Positions 41,448 to 51,101 of a DNA stretch of 64,000 nt are shown here, piece by piece (the stretch's first letter is position 1; the number at the start of each line of letters is the position of its first letter). The stretch lies in the IMG/VR virus record IMGVR_UViG_3300044699_000112, positions 10,234 to 74,233 of that record; one strand, written 5' to 3'. Both the position numbers and the translations under genes were made by a program. The notes below the pieces were generated by a model, which ran no database searches, was not told the DNA's origin, and saw only the letters and a program-made list of their open reading frames with translations. Origin of the DNA: a virus.

Positions 41448-41809
41448 GTCCGAGCCCGAGGAAAGGTTCAATATCGCTTGGCGATCGCTTGGCGGCCCGA
41501 AGCCCGAGCGGGAGTACCGATTCTGCGAGCGTAAGTGGCGCTTTGACTTCGCGTGGCCGGAGGTGCGGATCGCGGTGGAGATCGAGGGCGGGATCAACGA
41601 AGGGAAGCGCCGCGGCTACCACATGCGCAAGGAAGGGTTCCTCAAGGACCGCCGCCAAGTACAACCGCGCAAGCATCCTGGGCTGGAGGGTATTTCGATT
41701 GGCGCCTTCCCAGATCCAACCGGCGGCGCTCGAGGAAATCATTACCGAGGTGAGGCGTTCCCGTGCCGCAGGCTCACCGGCCGCGTGGTGGGCCGAAAAG
41801 ACGCCCTGA
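41416..41809 (+). CDS. Vsr/DUF559-like PD-(D/E)XK endonuclease (indel near 41650)
   Basis: EREYRF..RKWRFDFAWP..RIAVEIEGG...H....F.KD then KYN.A..LGWRVFR in the shifted frame. Confidence 0.8.
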
Positions 41810-41827
41810 CAACGACAGGTTGACACT

Positions 41828-42034
41828 ATGGTATTCCCAAGAATCGTGACCGATCCAACGACCTCCTCGAACAAGCTCTACTTCATGCCGCAAGACGTGG
41901 CGGCGGCGCTGGGCCGACTCTACCTTAAGCTGTACTGGGGCGAGATCACCCAGAGCGAATACGATGAGAAGGCCCAGATCATCGTCGACGGCGCCAGAAC
42001 CCGGATCGGTGTGATCCGGAACATAGGTGGATGA
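41828..42034 (+). CDS. Hypothetical protein
   Basis: Short ORF with overlapping stop/start. Confidence 0.45.
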   Translation: MVFPRIVTDPTTSSNKLYFMPQDVAAALGRLYLKLYWGEITQSEYDEKAQIIVDGARTRIGVIRNIGG

Positions 42035-42249
42035 TGGAAGACAAAGAGATACTTGAGCGGGTCCGCGAGGCCATCGCCTGCCTGGACGAGGCCGCCTGGG
42101 CCACCCAGATGAACACGCGCGAGCAGCGCAAGCTGCACACCCGCATCCAGGACGCTGGCGACCGGCTGGTCGAGGTGCGCGAAGAGCTCCAGGTGCGGAT
42201 CCAGGCCAGGGAAGACCTCCTCCGTGTGCTTGATCGTAAATCGCCGTAA
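42031..42249 (+). CDS. Hypothetical coiled-coil protein
   Basis: AGGT RBS; helical composition. Confidence 0.5.
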   Translation: MMEDKEILERVREAIACLDEAAWATQMNTREQRKLHTRIQDAGDRLVEVREELQVRIQAREDLLRVLDRKSP

Positions 42250-42402
42250 ACCTCTTGCGCAACGTTGAGCTAAGATGGTAGTGTAGATCGTCGACTCAAG
42301 CGGCTCGGACTGATCCCCAAGCCGTGTCGATGGAATTAGCCGGGGTTCCACGGCGGTGCTGCCCTTAACAGCGCCGCCCCCGGTGAGCCTTAAGGGGGCA
42401 CT

Positions 42403-43155
42403 ATGAAAGCATCGAACGGCGCGTCGTCTGACGGGCCAACCATCAAACCAATCGAGACCGTCTACCGCGGGCACAGAATGCGCTCGCGCCTGGAGGCCCG
42501 CTGGGCCGTCTTCATGGACTGCCTCGGCATCGAGTGGGAGTACGAGAAAGAGGGCTATGACCTCGATGGCGTCTGGTATCTGCCCGACTTCTGGCTCCCG
42601 AAGCAGGGCATGTGGATGGAGGTCAAAGGTTCCGAGACTGGCGACTGGAAAAACAAAGCTGAGAGGTTGTCTTTACTAAGTGGGCATCCTGTAGCGGTGT
42701 TCATAGGTGACTGCGCTCCAGTTAGTCATGCTTCTCCAGGGTTCAGGAATACGGCTAGGATCGCGCGGGATGGCGTGTGGCAACACCACGCGGGCTGCTG
42801 GGTGATGTGCGAAAACTGCAGCCACTGCGAGATCAACGGGCACCGTGATGGCGCATGCCCAGGGCAATTCTGCTCTGGGAATATAACTTACTTCTTCTCT
42901 TTCGATGGACACTCCCCCAGGATACTAACCGCGTTTGCTATAGCGAAGCATGTTAGATTGGACGACCGTGAATTCATGGAGAAACTAAGTCCAGCGGCAC
43001 TTACAGACTACACGGCGAGCGCCGCCGCGAACAAGATGATAGAGATTCTCTCATCCGACTTCGCCAGGGCGAAGTTCTCCTCCTGCGCAGAGTCCCTCTA
43101 TGAGGACGTGAACGAGGAAGGGCCGAATTCATTTAACCCAGCCATAGCAGATTAG
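42403..43155 (+). CDS. PD-(D/E)XK nuclease (TnsA-N-like)
   Basis: YRG..MRSRLEARWAVF.D.LGIEWEYE.EG...YLPDFWLP....MEVKG. Confidence 0.8.
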   Translation: MKASNGASSDGPTIKPIETVYRGHRMRSRLEARWAVFMDCLGIEWEYEKEGYDLDGVWYLPDFWLPKQGMWMEVKGSETGDWKNKAERLSLLSGHPVAVFIGDCAPVSHASPGFRNTARIARDGVWQHHAGCWVMCENCSHCEINGHRDGACPGQFCSGNITYFFSFDGHSPRILTAFAIAKHVRLDDREFMEKLSPAALTDYTASAAANKMIEILSSDFARAKFSSCAESLYEDVNEEGPNSFNPAIAD

Positions 43156-43164
43156 GCCACCGAA

Positions 43165-44070
43165 GTGAACGAAGACAATCTGTCTCGCGGCTACGTCGCT
43201 CTGTACCGGAGCGTCATCGACAACCCGTTCTACACCCAACTCCCAGGCGATTACTTCAAAGTCTTCATCTTCTGCCTCGTCCGGGCCGCCTATAAGCCGC
43301 GCCAATACTGGAACGGCCACGCTATGGCGGACCTCCCGATCGGGGCGTTTGTCGCCACGGTAGGCGAAATAGCGGCGAAAACTGGGGTTTCACAATCGAC
43401 AGTCAGGAGGGCACTCCAGGCGCTTGAAAACAGCCAGATGGTCGTCACCAAATCGACAAACAAATTTTCCCTGTATACCGTTGTGAACTTTGAGGCTTAC
43501 CAGAACGGCAGTCTCATGACCGACAAACAAACGGCAAACAACTGGGCAGACAAACGGCAAACAAGTGAGCAAACAACTGAGCAGTCCACCGACAAACCAC
43601 CGACAAACCACCGACAAACATCTGTAATAAGGGAAGAAGGGAAGAAGAAGCTACAGCCGGTTCCTGCGGACCCGGCGGCAGTTGAGGCGGAGCCCTCCCT
43701 TCCCAAGTTCGATAGCGACAAGTTCTTCATGGAGCAGTGGTGGCCGATCGTCTGGTCGAAAGCAAATGCCAAGAAAGCGGCAAGGAAGGCTTGGAACCGG
43801 ATCGTCAAGGACGAAGCCAAGGCCAACTTCCTCACCGAAAGGGCCAAGCTGCTAGGCCCCCGTTACCTCGCGACTGCCGAAAAAACCGGAAGTACACCGC
43901 TATACCCGAGCACATGGCTTAACGACGAGCGGTTCGAAGACGAGCCCTTGCTGCCGGGGTTCGACCCGCCCCCCGATCCGGCCGAGGAAGCCGCCAAGCA
44001 GAAGCGAATCCTGGCCGCGATCAATCGTGACCTCGAAGAGCGCGGACTCCCCCCGCAAGAAAGTTTATGA
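43165..44070 (+). CDS. Replication initiator (N-terminal wHTH, DnaD-C-like)
   Basis: GYVALYRS, HTH EIAAKTGVSQSTVRRALQAL, KK.A.KAW and YPSTWLN.ERFEDE motifs; upstream of dnaB. Confidence 0.8.
   Translation: MNEDNLSRGYVALYRSVIDNPFYTQLPGDYFKVFIFCLVRAAYKPRQYWNGHAMADLPIGAFVATVGEIAAKTGVSQSTVRRALQALENSQMVVTKSTNKFSLYTVVNFEAYQNGSLMTDKQTANNWADKRQTSEQTTEQSTDKPPTNHRQTSVIREEGKKKLQPVPADPAAVEAEPSLPKFDSDKFFMEQWWPIVWSKANAKKAARKAWNRIVKDEAKANFLTERAKLLGPRYLATAEKTGSTPLYPSTWLNDERFEDEPLLPGFDPPPDPAEEAAKQKRILAAINRDLEERGLPPQESL
43520..43620 (+). repeat. Iteron-like repeats inside the initiator gene (likely origin)
   Basis: (C)GACAAAC / GGCAAAC repeated, including CCACCGACAAA x3 in tandem; A-rich. Confidence 0.6.
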
Positions 44071-45404
44071 CAGAGCAAACCCTCCGAACCCTAAACCAAC
44101 TGCTTCCCAATTTGCCCGAGGCCGTTGAAACCGAGAAGCTGGTACTTGGAGTCCTCCTGGACGATCCGGACGCCACCAGCGCCATCCTGGCGCTAGAGCG
44201 GGACGATCTATACCTCGAGCAGCACAAGCGAATCCTCGATGCCGCCCGCTGGTGCGCCGACAACGGCCAAGAGGTCTCGCTCACCTCGGTCAGCCAGCGG
44301 CTCAGCGACATGCGCCACCTCGAAAGCGTGGGCGGCCTCTCCTACCTGAGCGGGCTGGTGATCGTGCCGAAGGTACTCGACCTCGAAAGCTACCTCGGCC
44401 ACCTGCGGCTCAAGTCCACGCTCCGGCGGGCCGCGATCGCCCATGCCAAGTTCGCCGAGGAGTGTTGCATGCCGGGCGCCGGTGCGGAAGTCCTGGCCTC
44501 GGCCGAGGTGTTTATGAGGGATCTCGGCTCTCGCGCCAGGACAAGGCCCGGCCCGCGCGGGTTTGAAGAGCTCCTCGACGCTGAGTATGGCGGCAGTTTT
44601 GCAAAATTCCTGGAGGCTCCCAAGCGTGCAGCCGTGCCGACTCCCTGGAAAAGTCTCAACAAGTTGCTGACCGGCGGCGGGTTCATGCCCGGCCAGTTGG
44701 TGGTGATCGGGGCCCTGCCGGGCCTGGGCAAGAGCGCCGCGGCGGCAATGATCGCCCGCTTCGCCGCCAGCCAGGGCGTGATCATCTTCTCGCTCGAGAT
44801 GGACGCTCGGGACATCTGGCTCCGCATGATTGCCTCGCACGCCGAAGTCCCCTTGCAACCGCTCAGCGAGGGCGTGAAATTCGAGGACGAGGCCGCCCGG
44901 CGCCGGATCGCGGCGGCCGGGAGCGAACTGTCCAAGTTCCCCCTGCGGATCGACGACTGGAGCGGATCGAACGTGGCGGCGATCATCGCGGCGGTCAAGC
45001 GGGTCAAGGAGGTCAAGCTCGTCATCGTCGACTACCTGCAACTCCTCAAGCCGCTGCACAAGGTGAGCAACCGCGTCGAAGCCGTGGGCGAGCTCAGCCG
45101 CGGCCTGAAGCTGGCCGCCAACGAGTTGAAGCTCCCGTTCGTGGTCCTCTCCCAACTCAACCGGGAGACCGCCAAGAACGACCGGCCACCGGAGCTCTAC
45201 GACCTGCGCGAATCTGGCTCCATCGAGCAGGACGCCAATACCGTGATGTTCCTGCACGCCAACCAGAAGGAGTTGCGTGCGGCGATCGACAACCACCGGC
45301 CCAACGAGATAGACCTGATTGTCCGCAAGCAGCGCAATGGCAGGACGGGGACCGTGAAACTTGTGTTCACGCCGTCCACGATGCGGATTGTAGAGGGGGC
45401 GTAG
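44067..45404 (+). CDS. dnaB: Replicative DNA helicase
   Basis: E..VLG, GALPGLGKS, FSLEM, VIVDYLQL, LSQLNR, DLRESGSIEQDA, KQRNG.TG. Confidence 0.95.
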   Translation: MTEQTLRTLNQLLPNLPEAVETEKLVLGVLLDDPDATSAILALERDDLYLEQHKRILDAARWCADNGQEVSLTSVSQRLSDMRHLESVGGLSYLSGLVIVPKVLDLESYLGHLRLKSTLRRAAIAHAKFAEECCMPGAGAEVLASAEVFMRDLGSRARTRPGPRGFEELLDAEYGGSFAKFLEAPKRAAVPTPWKSLNKLLTGGGFMPGQLVVIGALPGLGKSAAAAMIARFAASQGVIIFSLEMDARDIWLRMIASHAEVPLQPLSEGVKFEDEAARRRIAAAGSELSKFPLRIDDWSGSNVAAIIAAVKRVKEVKLVIVDYLQLLKPLHKVSNRVEAVGELSRGLKLAANELKLPFVVLSQLNRETAKNDRPPELYDLRESGSIEQDANTVMFLHANQKELRAAIDNHRPNEIDLIVRKQRNGRTGTVKLVFTPSTMRIVEGA

Positions 45405-45417
45405 GCCCCCATTTTTG
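45395..45417 (+). terminator. Rho-independent terminator candidate after dnaB
   Basis: GGGGGC-GTAG-GCCCCC followed by ATTTTT. Confidence 0.5.
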
Positions 45418-45439
45418 ATGGAAAAAGAAAGGAACCAAA

Positions 45440-45814
45440 ATGAGCAAGAGTTTTCCGAACTTGAATGAACTGTGGGAGAGGACGTACGAGGCGGAGCCGC
45501 CGACGCAATGGGCGTTCGATGGCGGATTCTGGAAGGTCTCCCCGGACGGGGAGGCCCTTATGCTGTACCTCCAGAAGACGGCGGAGAGCGAGCCGTACGA
45601 GATGTACGACATCGAGCTCAGCCGCTGCCAGACGGTCGCCGGGCTACTGGACGCGGTCGTCCAGCTACACAACAAAACCTGGATTGCAGAAGACAACCTG
45701 AGCGCCTTCCTGCGGGCAGTCGCTTACGTGGTGGTCAACCAGCAGCGGACGATGGTCAGCTTCGCCGAGCCGCGGCCGGGCAAGATAAACCGGATGCTCG
45801 CGAACACGCGGTAA
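45440..45814 (+). CDS. Hypothetical protein
   Basis: AAAGGA RBS; Y.I.L.RC.T...LLD...QL..K.W pattern. Confidence 0.6.
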   Translation: MSKSFPNLNELWERTYEAEPPTQWAFDGGFWKVSPDGEALMLYLQKTAESEPYEMYDIELSRCQTVAGLLDAVVQLHNKTWIAEDNLSAFLRAVAYVVVNQQRTMVSFAEPRPGKINRMLANTR

Positions 45815-45819
45815 GGACC

Positions 45820-46068
45820 ATGAGCAGGCCGCTGGAGGTTAAACTCATCCGCTTCGAGAAGAACGTGATGGCGGCGCTGATCGGCCTTGCTATCAGCAAC
45901 GTTCTGCCTCCGGCCAACATGACCGCCGAGCAGGTACTGGAGATGATCGGTCCCGAGGGCAGCACTCGCTGCCTTCGGGCCGCCGAGGCGGTCAAGAAGT
46001 ACGTCTTCGCAGTGCTGAACGAGGAGTTCGGGGACCTGACGGCGATGATCAAGCCGGAGGTCCACTAG
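45820..46068 (+). CDS. Hypothetical protein
   Basis: AAGGA RBS before ATG 45820. Confidence 0.5.
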   Translation: MSRPLEVKLIRFEKNVMAALIGLAISNVLPPANMTAEQVLEMIGPEGSTRCLRAAEAVKKYVFAVLNEEFGDLTAMIKPEVH

Positions 46069-46169
46069 GTTCAGGGGAGGCGGGCCACTGGCAGGTCATT
46101 TTTGATGAGGTCCGCCATCGATGGTGCGGCCGCCTCCCCCCGCTCACAAATCTACCGCAGGGAGGGAAG

Positions 46170-46553
46170 ATGCACGACCTGGGCGACGGCGAAGAGATGG
46201 AGCAGTACTCCTTCGACTGGGACGCACTGGACGCTCCCGAGCCTCCCGATCCGGAGTCTCCGGCCCTGGGCCGCGGGTCGATCCAGCAAGCCTTCCTCGA
46301 CTTCGACGAGGCGCATCCGGAGGTCTACGAGTACCTGATGCAGTTGACCCGCGAGGTGCAGCAGCGCGGGTTCCGCCACTACGGGATCGGCGCCATGTGG
46401 GAGCGCATGCGCTGGCACTTTCAGATTGAGAAGGGGATGGACGAGGAGTTCAAGCTGAACAACAATTTCCGCAGCCGCTACGCCAGGAAGATCATGAAGG
46501 CGCATCCGGATCTTGAGGACTTCTTTGAACTCCGCATCCTGCGTGCCGACTAG
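46170..46553 (+). CDS. Conserved phage protein
   Basis: F..F...HPEVY...YGI.A.WE..RW...FKLNNNF...YAR.....P.L..FFE.R pattern; GGAGG RBS. Confidence 0.65.
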   Translation: MHDLGDGEEMEQYSFDWDALDAPEPPDPESPALGRGSIQQAFLDFDEAHPEVYEYLMQLTREVQQRGFRHYGIGAMWERMRWHFQIEKGMDEEFKLNNNFRSRYARKIMKAHPDLEDFFELRILRAD

Positions 46554-46828
46554 GGCTTGGCTTTGCGCGGCGGCGGCTTGGGTTTCGGGCTGATGCAGAT
46601 CTCCGTGCCGTACTCCCCGATGTCCGACTCCTCGGTCACGAACCAGACCGCCCGCCCGTCGTCTAGCGTCAGCGTGGGCTGATGAATCCACCGCTTCCGC
46701 GTGTCGTCCCAGTGGGCCTCGCCTTCCACTGCCGTGATGGTGCGCCCGACGAGATCCCGCCTTTTGGCGGCGAGAGGGCTGGCGCTCACACGGGACCGCG
46801 GAATGGGTTTTGCCTCTTCGCTTTTCAT
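46550..46828 (-). CDS. Hypothetical protein
   Basis: LVGRTITAV...LTLDDG pattern; end of leftward operon. Confidence 0.5.
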   Translation of the reverse strand: MKSEEAKPIPRSRVSASPLAAKRRDLVGRTITAVEGEAHWDDTRKRWIHQPTLTLDDGRAVWFVTEESDIGEYGTEICISPKPKPPPRKAKP

Positions 46829-47166
46829 GGTTTCCGCCAATACTCCTGGGCGTGATACTGGCAGAGCAGGAAGACGCAGTTGTTCTCGCCATCCCAGTCG
46901 ACTCCCCGCAGCCCGCCTACGCAGTCCTTGTTGCGGTGCTGGCAACCGGCCGCGCCCACCGGCTGGCGCGGCTCGGTCAGCTTGAGCTTCTCGAAGAGCT
47001 CGAGGTTGTACTCCTCGCACCCGTTCAGCGACTCGCGGATGTAGGTCTCGACCTCGGCGGGCGTGAGTTTGGTCTGCTCAACGATCTCGGCGATCGTCCT
47101 CCCGGCCCGGAAGTGGCGGAGGGCGAAGCGGCGGGTGAGATCCTGCGTGTTAGGGCCCCGTGTCAT
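46825..47166 (-). CDS. HTH plus Cys/His domain protein
   Basis: GRTIAEIVEQTKLTPAEVETYIR HTH; C...C...C..H tail. Confidence 0.5.
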   Translation of the reverse strand: MTRGPNTQDLTRRFALRHFRAGRTIAEIVEQTKLTPAEVETYIRESLNGCEEYNLELFEKLKLTEPRQPVGAAGCQHRNKDCVGGLRGVDWDGENNCVFLLCQYHAQEYWRKP

Positions 47167-47435
47167 GAGGGAGCCCCCGCCTTCTCGGCCCGGTCGAGCA
47201 TGATCAGTCCATCGCACCGGCCGTCATGCTCCACGACTTGCGCCTCAACGAGCATCTCGTCAGCCTCGGCGGGAGTCATCCCGATGCCCGCCATTTCGAA
47301 CCCGCAGGTCTGGCACGTCCAGACGAACCGCAGCGGCTCGCCCGGTGCGGCCCCGGCATCGGCCCGCAGCGCGTCGAGGAACTTGCGCTCGATGGCGTCG
47401 AGCTTGTTCTGCACTTCCTTGGGCAGGATCGTCAT
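47163..47435 (-). CDS. Small zinc-binding protein
   Basis: WTCQTCG...H...C. Confidence 0.5.
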   Translation of the reverse strand: MTILPKEVQNKLDAIERKFLDALRADAGAAPGEPLRFVWTCQTCGFEMAGIGMTPAEADEMLVEAQVVEHDGRCDGLIMLDRAEKAGAPS

Positions 47436-48070
47436 AGCGGCAGCCACTTCTCGAACCGCTTCACGGCCTTGTGCAGCGCCTCCAGCCCTCCCGCTTCGGT
47501 CCTCGCCACGGCTTCCAAAATGGGAAGTCCACTATCGATCGATGCCTGGACCTCGGCCCTGGTAGCCTCCCGTCCCTCGCAGATCCAGTCCACCGAAGAG
47601 GGCTCGCCCATCTGGATCAGCGGCCCCGTCTCCGTTTTGAAGACCTCGTACTCGCGGGTCAGCCAGAGCATGGCCACACCGGGGTTGCGGGCGATGACCA
47701 TACCGGCCGTGCCCTCGCGCAGCGTGTCGTTGTTGATCCGCTCGTCCTCGCGGCGCACCATCTTCGGGTTCGACAGGAACGGGCAGTTCTTCGCGCTCCA
47801 GGTGGCGCACTCGTAGTGCGAGGGCGGCTCGGACGAGGTGCGGTTGACGCCGCACATCGGCCCGGCCACGAAGACCTTCCAGATGCCCAGGCGCTCGCCG
47901 CAGACCCAGCAGAGCTTCTGCTTGATCGCGGCGACGAGCTTGTAGGGGTCCATCCCCCGGAACTCTGGTTTGCCGTCGAGATAGGGGACGAACCAGGGAA
48001 TGGGCAGCCCCGAGTCGGTGAGCTTGAGCGAGCGCATGCGCGCCGGTAGCGTTTCCATGTTGACGGTCAT
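47432..48070 (-). CDS. Conserved Cys-rich phage protein
   Basis: GLPIPWFV...LCWVCGERLG..FVAGP...EPPSHYECA.WS...CPFL. Confidence 0.65.
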   Translation of the reverse strand: MTVNMETLPARMRSLKLTDSGLPIPWFVPYLDGKPEFRGMDPYKLVAAIKQKLCWVCGERLGIWKVFVAGPMCGVNRTSSEPPSHYECATWSAKNCPFLSNPKMVRREDERINNDTLREGTAGMVIARNPGVAMLWLTREYEVFKTETGPLIQMGEPSSVDWICEGREATRAEVQASIDSGLPILEAVARTEAGGLEALHKAVKRFEKWLPL

Positions 48071-48879
48071 AACTTGATGTAGTCTCCTGCCGGATCCATC
48101 AGCAGGTCCACTGCCGACAGGTACCGGGACGTGGTCTGAATGCTGGCGTGTCCCAGGAACGCCTGGATGCCCTGGAGCTTGGCGCCGCCCTTGTGCGAGA
48201 GCGCGGCAGCCGTCCGCCGCAAGTCATGCGGAGCGAGCCGTGGCACGCCGATCCGCGCTCCCGCTGCCTTCACGATGGCATGCACGTGGTCAGCCGACAA
48301 TGCCTCCTCCATGACGTGGCCCCGGTAGGTGCGGCGCCAGACGGGCCCGGTGCGGATCGCGCCCGCGGCGAGCCACTCCTCGAGGAGCCCGGCCGTCCAT
48401 GAGTTGAGCGCGAGCGACCGCAGGCGGCGCCCTTTGCCCGTCAGGTCGGTGATGCAGAGGCGCCCTTCGAGCGTCTGCAGGTGCGAGCAGTCGAGCGAGA
48501 CGAGCTCGGCCCGGCGGAGCGCGGCGCCGCAGAGCATCCCGAGCAGCGCGCGGTTGCGCAGGCCCACCAGCGGCTCGCCGGGCTGGCGTTCGACGAGGGC
48601 CGACACCTGGGCCGCCGAGAGCCACGTGCCCAGACGCACGCCGCGGATCGGCATCGACTTGAGCTCCTGGATCTTCGGGTCGGCCTCCTCTGCCCTGGCC
48701 TTGAACTTCAACGCGCTGAGCTTGACGTTGCACGTGCTCGGAGCGGCGCCGTTGTCCCTGTAGTTGGCGATGTAGGCCCGCACGCCCTCGGCGGTCAGCG
48801 GGCCGTCGAAGTCGCGATAGACGGCCGCGTAGCGCGCCCGCGAGTGCGGACTGTTGAGGCTATCGAGATTTGCGTACAC
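48067..48879 (-). CDS. Tyrosine recombinase (XerC-like)
   Basis: Catalytic residues R (LRRAEL), K (GKG), HDLRR, LGH, and Y (TSRYL). Confidence 0.92.
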   Translation of the reverse strand: MYANLDSLNSPHSRARYAAVYRDFDGPLTAEGVRAYIANYRDNGAAPSTCNVKLSALKFKARAEEADPKIQELKSMPIRGVRLGTWLSAAQVSALVERQPGEPLVGLRNRALLGMLCGAALRRAELVSLDCSHLQTLEGRLCITDLTGKGRRLRSLALNSWTAGLLEEWLAAGAIRTGPVWRRTYRGHVMEEALSADHVHAIVKAAGARIGVPRLAPHDLRRTAAALSHKGGAKLQGIQAFLGHASIQTTSRYLSAVDLLMDPAGDYIKL

Positions 48880-50338
48880 GTTTCACCTTCGGTTCCTTGG
48901 GCCCGCATTCGCTGGTGAAGAGGCCAGCCTCGGCCTCGGAGATCTCGTCGAGGTCGGCGGCGGCATGGCGCAAGCCGATATAGCTGTTCACGCCGAGCGG
49001 GTTCCGGCGCTTTACCTCGGCCCAGATCTGTTTGGTAAGGACGGCCATCTCGGCATACGTCATGGTTTCAAGGCTTGAGGAAGGCATCGGTATACTCCTT
49101 CTGCGCCACGCGCAGCGCAAGCTGGGCCTGCGCCCAGGTGGGTCCAATGTCCTGGCACTTGAACTCCTTGATGTCAAACAAGTTCCAGGCGCTCGACATT
49201 TCGAGGATCTCGGGATGATCCGGGATGAGCGCCTTGATGCGATCGACCAGTGTGTCGGCGGTCTGCTGGTAATTCTCGGAGGGCGTCATGCCGCCCTCCT
49301 GCGCTTGCGCATCACGTGCACCTCGGCTGGTTTCTTGAGCCCGTAGGCGGTCTCGTCGAAGTAGGCCGTCAGCGGCAGCAACGGGTTCTTCCTGGCGATG
49401 TCGGTGTGCATGAAGATCTCGTACGCATCGCGGCCCGCCTCGGTGATCTTGAAGCCGCGGCCCGGCCTGTAGTTGATCCACTTGCGGATCAACATACTGC
49501 GGAACGGGCGCTGGTCGTAATGCTTGGCCGTCTCGATCGACAGGTACTCGCCGCCGATGAAGAGCTCCAGCATGGGAAGCTGGCGGTTCGATAGGCGGAT
49601 CATGCTGCCACCGCCTTTGCCTCAGCCCGCCGCCTCTTCGCCGCTACCCGCATCCGGCGCCGCATCTCCTGGCTGCGCGCTTCCGGGTCATCGGGCCAGC
49701 CCCGGTTCTGGCTCTTCGGCTCGCCGGGAGCCTTCGGCGGACGCCCCAGCTTCTTGCGTCCCTGGAGCCCGGCCAGTTGCTCGCGTAACCCTTCGACCTC
49801 GCGCTGCACGATATCGAGTATGTGCACCATGCCTGGGAGTAGGGCTGCCATACCCATCTGCGTATACGTTGACTCGTTCGTCTTCATTTGCCCTTCACCT
49901 CTTTCTCCTCGTCCGCGCGCCGTACGCTGCGGATCGTGATCTCCTTGTGGAATTCTTTAAGCTCAAGCGCGGCCGCGGCGCGATCCTCAGCGGTGTCCTG
50001 CAACGCTTGGTGCGAGCGGGCGCCTGCCATGAACGTCAGCCGCAGCAGTTCCAGGCCGAAGCCGTCCTCGAAGTGCGGGGGCATCTTGCCGTGGAAGACG
50101 CTCTCCAGGTAGCCCCGGAAGTACTGGTGGAGTGGTCCTCTCATCGGCGCTTGGCCGCCATCCGGATTGCTAGGCTCATCGCGATGCGCGCGAGGATCTG
50201 TTCCGGCCTCGACAGTTCCTCGGTCAGGATCACGGGAACGCCGTAGCGGCCTTTCTGAATCGCAATCGAACCGTCCTCCTGGAGTGCTGCCTCCAGCGAT
50301 GGCATGCGGGTCTCTTCTGGAATGGTCAAGATAACCAT
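48860..50338 (-). other. Leftward operon of six small hypothetical genes (48860-49063, 49068-49289, 49286-49603, 49600-49887, 49884-50144, 50141-50338)
   Basis: Overlapping ATGA junctions and RBSs; 49286-49603 is wHTH-like (ITEAGR); 49600-49887 has a basic GRPPK segment. Confidence 0.55.
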
Positions 50339-50376
50339 GTGGCGTTCACCTCAAAGCAATTTTACGACTAATCGTT

Positions 50377-50407
50377 ATTGTGCCGCAATACAATATTGCA
50401 TTATAAT
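50377..50407 (+). promoter_or_regulatory. Promoter with spacer palindrome in an AT-rich divergent intergenic region
   Basis: TTGTGC-18-TATAAT; GCAATA-CAA-TATTGC in the spacer. Confidence 0.6.
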
Positions 50408-50413
50408 GGGGTT

Positions 50414-50650
50414 ATGCCCCAAGTGGTTATGAAGTTGAGCGACGAAGAACTCGAGCAGCTACGCGACAAAGCCCAGGAGATTGCTCTATCGATGAGTGAC
50501 TTCCTGCGCAAGAGGTCCGGATTCCGCCCGCTCCACCGCGGAGTCGGCAGGCCAGCCTTCCAGGTCACCTGCCCCGTCCCCGGCTGCAAGGCCGTGGTCG
50601 GCGCCTCGGCCTATGCCAAGCACGTGCGGAACAACCATCCCAATGGGTGA
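50414..50650 (+). CDS. Ribbon-helix-helix regulator fused to a C2H2 zinc finger
   Basis: VVMKLSDEELEQLRDKA...SMSDFLR (RHH); CPVPGC...Y.KHVRNNH. Confidence 0.65.
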   Translation: MPQVVMKLSDEELEQLRDKAQEIALSMSDFLRKRSGFRPLHRGVGRPAFQVTCPVPGCKAVVGASAYAKHVRNNHPNG

Positions 50651-50783
50651 GCACAGCATCCGCACGCGCCGCGGGCAGTACGTCCGCTCGGATGAGTACT
50701 GCAAGCCGGAGTGCCGCGGCTCTTCGTTCAGCCACTGCGACATCTGCCTCAACACCGGATTTATTTACGTACGAAAGGACCTC

Positions 50784-51101
50784 ATGGACACCAGCATCCT
50801 CAAGAGCCTCGACACCTCGCGCTTCAACCTCGACGAGGTGATCGAGCTCTCCTGCGCAGCCAGCGTGCTCACCGCCCACTATGCCGCGCACGAGATCGAG
50901 CCGCCCGTCTGGCTCGCCGCCGCCAATGACAAACTCGCCGCGGCCATCAGCGAAAAGTACAAGCTGCGGCTGATCGAGAAGGCGCGCCAGATGCAGGCCG
51001 AGATCGACGAGCTCATGCCGCGGGACGAGAAGCGCAACAGGCTCAAGAAGGATCTGGCGAAGCTGAAGACGAAGGTCGGCAATGGAACAGCAGCCGCCTG
51101 A
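50784..51101 (+). CDS. Hypothetical coiled-coil protein
   Basis: AAAGGA RBS. Confidence 0.55.
   Translation: MDTSILKSLDTSRFNLDEVIELSCAASVLTAHYAAHEIEPPVWLAAANDKLAAAISEKYKLRLIEKARQMQAEIDELMPRDEKRNRLKKDLAKLKTKVGNGTAAA

Noticed and set aside
46074-46140. GGGGAGGCGG...CCGCCTCCCC inverted repeat as an attP site or ncRNA
   Set aside because: Single copy with no supporting context; its function cannot be assigned.
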